Source: an uncultured virus (IMG/VR IMGVR_UViG_3300015608_000414) (lineage: Duplodnaviria > Heunggongvirae > Uroviricota > Caudoviricetes). From it: 20,000 nt of DNA. The notes under the pieces are model-generated. The model saw nothing but the letters and a program-made list of their open reading frames with translations, was not told where the DNA came from and did not search any database. Numbering within the stretch: the first letter of the stretch is position 1; the number at the start of each line of letters is the position of its first letter. The stretch spans positions 52,007 to 72,006 of IMG/VR virus record IMGVR_UViG_3300015608_000414, one strand, 5' to 3'. Of this stretch, positions 15,758 to 20,000 are shown one piece after another. Position numbers and translations under genes: made by a program.

Positions 15758-17662
15758 ATGTCAAATAATGGAAGGCTTTTAACAGAAAATGGTTTAGAAC
15801 AATTAGACCGTTTAAAAAATGCTGCTAAGTCATTACTTGTATTAGAACGTTCATCTGAAACATTAGGATTTACCAAAGACACAGACGGTAGTTATGTTTT
15901 AGAAGGAATATTCGGTGAAATCGGTGTACGTAATAAAAATAACCGTATTTATGATGCGGATGAATACGTACCACAGATTGAAGCATTACAAGAAAAGATT
16001 AAAACAGGAAAACTATTAGGTGAATTAGACCACCCTCAAAATTTCGACATATCTCTTAAGAATGTATCACATTCAATTGAAGAATTATACTATGATAATG
16101 ATACTAAGCAAGTAAGAGGTAAAATCCGTTTACTTAATACTACAGCAGGTAGAGAAGCTAAAGCTTTAGTAGATGCTGGTATTCCATTACATATTTCTAG
16201 CCGTGCAGCTGGTATGGTTGAATCAAATGGTCACGTTAAAATTAAGAGATTATTCACTTATGATTTAGTTGCAGACCCGGGTTTCGAAAACGCAGAACTT
16301 AGAAGAGTAAATGAGTCATTTGGTTTTTCTAATGATGATAACGTTCAAATTTTTGAACTAGATACACCCGTGTCTTTCGATAAATATTCTAACGTAAAAG
16401 AAAATAATGATTCCGAACAAATGGAAGGCGCAGTAAAAATAGAAGATTTTAATGCTTATTCTAAGCATATCACTGAGCAGATTAATTCTCTTAAAGAAAT
16501 TGTAAAATCTTTAAAAGAATCAAATGGTTCTACATCGACTGATAAGGATAGTCAAATTGCTTATATGAATAAGATGTCTCAGAAAATGAATGAGATGTTT
16601 GCATATTTACAATATACTGCTAAGACACTAGACGAAGTTGTTTCTCATAATGATAGTATAGTTGAATCATTCCAGCAATTAGAAGGCTATGTACAACATG
16701 TAGCTGAAAGAGCTGATTTTGGTATTCAGTATGCTGAAGACTTAGGTAAGAAAACAAATGGTATCTTAGAATACAATAAATATTTAGCTGAGCATATTGA
16801 TAACTTAGCACAATTCGGTGATTCATTAGCTGAAGGTTTAGATGACATCACAGCATACACTGAGTATATTAAAGAAAACTTAGAAACAGTAGGTCAATAT
16901 AGTGATTATACTGCAGAAAATGTTAAGAGAATTAAAGCTAAGTTAGCAGCAGTAAATGAAGAAGATACTGCTAAAGAAATTGAAAAGAAAATCAACAAAA
17001 TGGGTGAACCAGAACAATTAGATTCTAAAGAAGGTGAATCTGTTGTAGGTGAAGAAGAAAAAACTAAAGCACCTGTAGTTGAAGCTGAAAAGAAAAATGA
17101 AGTTGCTGAAATTCAAAATGAAAGCAAATCATATAAAGAAGGTATTCTTGAAAAGTTAGAATTAATAGTGGAATCTGCTAAGAAGCAAACAGTAGATTAC
17201 AGTGGAGATTTACACTTCTTAAGATTAGTTGACGAAAATAGAAGAAATGAGTACAAGTCATTAAATGAAAATCAACAATTCCAATTGATTGGTGCATTTA
17301 AAGATAAGAACTATACATCTTCTAGAGAAGTTGAATTAATCTGGGAAAATGTAATGAATCCTCAACCTAAAGTAATAAACTTTATTGAGAGTATGCCTGT
17401 CGAATATCGTGCATCTTGGGATGCGGCAAATCAAAATACGAAAAACCGTATTATTGCTGAAGCACAATGGCATGAATTAAGTTCACAATACTTAATTGAT
17501 ACATTCTGGTCAACAAGAGATTTCCGTAACAAACAAGTTGAATTAGAGAAAGTTAATGAATCAGAAACATTAAAAATCGAAACTGCTAATGGTGGTTATG
17601 GAGTAAGTAAAGAATATTTACAGTTCTTCCAAAGTGATTTAATGAGAAGATTTGGTAAATAA
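15758..17662 (+). CDS. gp21: Prohead protease (gp21-like) fused to a long helical scaffold-like region (gp22-like)
   Basis: LEGIF, NKNNRIY, LGELDHP (catalytic His region), VSH, ISSRAAG (catalytic Ser region) and YDLVADP lie within the first ~186 aa. The remaining ~450 aa are helical and acidic, with 14-aa repeats. No separate scaffold gene precedes the capsid gene. Confidence 0.88.
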   Translation: MSNNGRLLTENGLEQLDRLKNAAKSLLVLERSSETLGFTKDTDGSYVLEGIFGEIGVRNKNNRIYDADEYVPQIEALQEKIKTGKLLGELDHPQNFDISLKNVSHSIEELYYDNDTKQVRGKIRLLNTTAGREAKALVDAGIPLHISSRAAGMVESNGHVKIKRLFTYDLVADPGFENAELRRVNESFGFSNDDNVQIFELDTPVSFDKYSNVKENNDSEQMEGAVKIEDFNAYSKHITEQINSLKEIVKSLKESNGSTSTDKDSQIAYMNKMSQKMNEMFAYLQYTAKTLDEVVSHNDSIVESFQQLEGYVQHVAERADFGIQYAEDLGKKTNGILEYNKYLAEHIDNLAQFGDSLAEGLDDITAYTEYIKENLETVGQYSDYTAENVKRIKAKLAAVNEEDTAKEIEKKINKMGEPEQLDSKEGESVVGEEEKTKAPVVEAEKKNEVAEIQNESKSYKEGILEKLELIVESAKKQTVDYSGDLHFLRLVDENRRNEYKSLNENQQFQLIGAFKDKNYTSSREVELIWENVMNPQPKVINFIESMPVEYRASWDAANQNTKNRIIAEAQWHELSSQYLIDTFWSTRDFRNKQVELEKVNESETLKIETANGGYGVSKEYLQFFQSDLMRRFGK

Positions 17663-17675
17663 TCCCGGATATTCC

Positions 17676-17684
17676 GATAGATAA
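17676..17684 (+). promoter_or_regulatory. GATAGATAA, one-mismatch variant of the putative late promoter upstream of the major capsid gene
   Basis: Intergenic, starting 40 nt before the ATG at 17716, and followed by an A-rich leader. Confidence 0.4.
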
Positions 17685-17715
17685 TAAAAATAAAAGAAAA
17701 AATAATACATTTTAT

Positions 17716-19464
17716 ATGTACAGACCACAACCAATAAATGAATCAGAAGTAAGAGCTACTTGGGCTCCTATTATCGAGTCTGCTACTAGTATTAAGGATG
17801 CAAGCAAATTAGCTTGGATGTCTAAATACTGCCACTACCACAAGGTAGCTGAAGACGCAGGCATGGTAGATTTCGGTATGTTAAAAGAATCTATCTATAA
17901 TCAAGTACACTTAAATCCAGGTATGAACGTTCCAGGAATGGGACCAGTTTCTTTCCCTGGTAATCCTGGTACTACTACTCAGTTCCATTCACAAGCTTAT
18001 GGCTCAGGTGATAAACCGTTCAGCTTACTTCCATTATCTATGCAAGTTGCTGCACAAACAGTAGGTTTAGATTTAGTTCCAGTTGTTCCATTAGGCGGAC
18101 CTTTCGGTATGTTAACATACTTAGACTTCCCTTATGCAGGTGGTAACTTAGCTACTCCTTCAGTTGTAGTTAACGGCTTAGGTGGTGCAGACGGTAGAGT
18201 TGCTCCTTTAATGATTAAGTCAAATGTTACTTATGTAACTGGTTTCGTTCCTGAAGCTAATGACGTATTCTATACAAAAGACGGTTCTGAGTATGCATAC
18301 AAATTAACTTATGTTGCAAAATCTCGTATCGATGGTTACTCTATTTTCAAAGTAGAAGCTAACACAAATCCTGCTACAGTTCCTGCATCAGCAACTTTCC
18401 AAGCTGGTTACGATAACGGTATCACTTTAGCTGATATCTTCTTCGCTGGTTCTACAGTAGATTTAGTAGATGGTTCTTTAACAGTTGTAGCTAACAACAC
18501 AGTTAATTCTGCTGAGTTAGTAAAAGCATTAGAAGACCACGTTACTGCATTCTCTGGTAGAGGATTCAAATCAGGTAATGTTGCATCTAACGACCCTTAC
18601 TTACGTGAGGAAGGTGAATCAACTCCTGATAACTTAATCGGTCTTAAATTAAAGAACCGTTCTATCAAAGCTGGTACTTTACAAGTAGCTGCAGCGGTAA
18701 CACGTGAACAAATCCAAGACTTAAAACAATTCGGTATTGATGCAGTAGCTCAAGTAGAAGCTGTATTAATCAACGAATTAACTCAAGGTATTAACAAGCA
18801 CATCTTAGAAAGAATCTTCCGTTTAGGTAACACTAACGCGAAACAAGTATACGATGTAGATGGAACTAACTTAAGTTTATACGTATCTGCTTCTGGTACA
18901 ACTAATATTACATTAGGTTTACCAATGGATTCAGATAACTTCGTAGATAACGTAGTTATGTCAACTGCTGCAACTACACCTACTTCAGGTGATAACGGTG
19001 GTACATTACAAAGAAGAATCTTATCAAGAATCTTAGCTGCATCTAACTTAATCGCTATCCGTGGTCGTAGAGGTGCTGCAAACTTTGCAGTTACTAACGG
19101 TCAAATTGCAACAGCTTTACAAGACATCGCTGGTTTCGTACCATATCCATTAGCAAACACAGTTAACCAAACTGCTGGTTCTTTATATCCAATTGGTTCA
19201 GTTGCTGGTGTTAACATTTATGTTGACCCTAACATGAGCTGGAACGATACAAGAATTGCTATCGGTAGAAAAGGTGACGGTAACTCTCCTGGTTTAATAT
19301 TCATGCCTTATTTAATGGCAGAAGCAGTACAAACTATCGCAGAAGGTACTATGGCTCCTAAAATCTCTGTAAAATCTAGATATGCATTAGTTGAAGCTGG
19401 TTTCCACCCTCAAACAATGTACTATACTTTAGGTGTACAGTTCAATGGTTACTCAATTATTTAA
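17716..19464 (+). CDS. gp23: Major capsid protein (T4 gp23-like, HK97 fold)
   Basis: TWAPIIE, DLVPVVPLGGPFG, TREQIQDLK..GIDA..EA.LINELTQGINK, RRGAANF, NIYVDP, GLIFMPY and VKSRYALV. Codon usage typical of a highly expressed gene (AAC, TTC, ATC). Confidence 0.93.
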   Translation: MYRPQPINESEVRATWAPIIESATSIKDASKLAWMSKYCHYHKVAEDAGMVDFGMLKESIYNQVHLNPGMNVPGMGPVSFPGNPGTTTQFHSQAYGSGDKPFSLLPLSMQVAAQTVGLDLVPVVPLGGPFGMLTYLDFPYAGGNLATPSVVVNGLGGADGRVAPLMIKSNVTYVTGFVPEANDVFYTKDGSEYAYKLTYVAKSRIDGYSIFKVEANTNPATVPASATFQAGYDNGITLADIFFAGSTVDLVDGSLTVVANNTVNSAELVKALEDHVTAFSGRGFKSGNVASNDPYLREEGESTPDNLIGLKLKNRSIKAGTLQVAAAVTREQIQDLKQFGIDAVAQVEAVLINELTQGINKHILERIFRLGNTNAKQVYDVDGTNLSLYVSASGTTNITLGLPMDSDNFVDNVVMSTAATTPTSGDNGGTLQRRILSRILAASNLIAIRGRRGAANFAVTNGQIATALQDIAGFVPYPLANTVNQTAGSLYPIGSVAGVNIYVDPNMSWNDTRIAIGRKGDGNSPGLIFMPYLMAEAVQTIAEGTMAPKISVKSRYALVEAGFHPQTMYYTLGVQFNGYSII

Positions 19465-19483
19465 TCATTAAGTTTTATAAATT

Positions 19484-19514
19484 AAAAGCCTTCCAATTAC
19501 TGGAAGGCTTTTTT
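19484..19514 (+). terminator. Rho-independent terminator after the major capsid gene
   Basis: AAAAGCCTTCCA-ATTAC-TGGAAGGCTTTT followed by further Ts (T6 run). Confidence 0.9.
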
Positions 19515-19536
19515 ATGATTTATACTACAAGTCAGT

Positions 19537-19561
19537 GATATATAAATCTAACGATATATAA
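19537..19561 (+). promoter_or_regulatory. Tandem GATATATAA motifs (19537-19545 and 19553-19561), putative late promoters restarting transcription after the terminator
   Basis: Two exact copies 16 nt apart, between the terminator and the ATG at 19585. Confidence 0.65.
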
Positions 19562-19584
19562 AAAAACAAAAAACCTATATAATC

Positions 19585-20000
19585 ATGGCATTTGAAATTA
19601 AAGCAATTGATAATTTCATTACAGAATGTAAAGCTTCAGGTAAAGATATTACCTATGATAACTTCGCACCAATTAATGAAAGTTTAAGTACAGATATTCA
19701 AGTACCTGCAGAAATATTCGAAGCATATTTAAAATATGTTGATATTTCAGGTACAGAAATGGTAACAATATTAGAATTTGAAAAAATTAAATCTTTCTCT
19801 GAATTTATAAATGACAGAAAAGAAGGTGATGATTCAATCTCAACTGAAGATGATGAGGATGATGATTCAACTGAAGGTGGTGAAGGTGACTCACATGATG
19901 AACCGGATGCAGACGATGCAGGCGCTGAAGGTGACGGTGACTCTGACGATGCAGGCGCTGAAGGTGATTCAGCTGAAGGTGACTCTGCTGAAGGTGAAGG
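19585..20000 (+). CDS. Hypothetical acidic low-complexity protein, 3' truncated by the window edge; possible internal head protein
   Basis: Open frame MAFEIKAIDNFITECK...APINESL...KIKSFSEFINDRKEGDDS...DDAGAEGDGDSDDAGAEGDSAEGDSAEGE runs to the end of the window. It is absent from the ORF track because no stop codon is reached. Confidence 0.85.
   Translation, partial: MAFEIKAIDNFITECKASGKDITYDNFAPINESLSTDIQVPAEIFEAYLKYVDISGTEMVTILEFEKIKSFSEFINDRKEGDDSISTEDDEDDDSTEGGEGDSHDEPDADDAGAEGDGDSDDAGAEGDSAEGDSAEGE
19912..20000 (+). repeat. Coding tandem repeats (DDAGAEGD x2; AEGDS at a 15-nt period)
   Basis: GACGATGCAGGCGCTGAAGGTGA at 19912-19934 and 19945-19967. GCTGAAGGTGA at 19957, 19972 and 19987. 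Confidence 0.85.

Noticed and set aside
2946..16826. The minus-strand ORFs in the track (e.g. 2946-3263, 7162-7572, 15038-15379)
   Set aside because: All lie antisense to well-supported + strand genes, have the Ser/Leu/Ile/Phe-rich composition of shadow frames, and show no recognisable motifs.
17662..17678. Small hairpin CGGA-TAT-TCCG between the protease and capsid genes
   Set aside because: Only a 4-bp core with a 3-nt loop and no U-tract, too weak to call.
1..20000. Stop-codon reassignment, as seen in some large phages
   Set aside because: All conserved genes are full length in the standard code. Stops are TAA except one TGA, and no gene is broken by in-frame TAG or TGA. TAG is not used as a stop here, so recoding elsewhere is not excluded.
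19912..20000. Direct repeats as a CRISPR array
   Set aside because: The periods are 33 and 15 nt (multiples of 3), in frame, encode AEGD-type peptides and have no unique spacers of CRISPR length.

Overview
AT-rich segment of a large T4-like (myovirus-type) dsDNA phage genome, with all credible genes on the + strand. Replication/recombination block: C-terminal part of a family B DNA polymerase (gp43-like), UvsX recombinase, a small winged-helix-like ORF, gp41-like helicase, a candidate divergent gp33 late co-activator, and gp47/gp46 (Mre11/Rad50-like) nuclease. Late/morphogenesis block: gp15 tail terminator, a 700-aa internally repeated unknown protein, a compact gp55-like late sigma factor, gp4, gp2, gp20 portal, a prohead protease-scaffold fusion (gp21/gp22-like), gp23 major capsid protein, an intrinsic terminator, and the start of an acidic repeat protein. 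Three free-standing GIY-YIG homing endonuclease genes are inserted; two share a near-identical 188-bp nuclease segment but have different DNA-binding tails. Main observations: (i) a recurring intergenic GATATATA(A) motif that looks like a non-T4 late promoter, found alongside a divergent gp55 and a candidate gp33; (ii) near-total GATC avoidance, with the only GATC I found lying in the portal 5' end, which has a degenerate duplicate on the other side of endonuclease 3; (iii) a structured GAAA-tetraloop element without a U-tract upstream of the sigma gene; (iv) no Shine-Dalgarno sequences, which suggests a Bacteroidota-type host. All homology calls come from motif recognition by eye, not from database searches.
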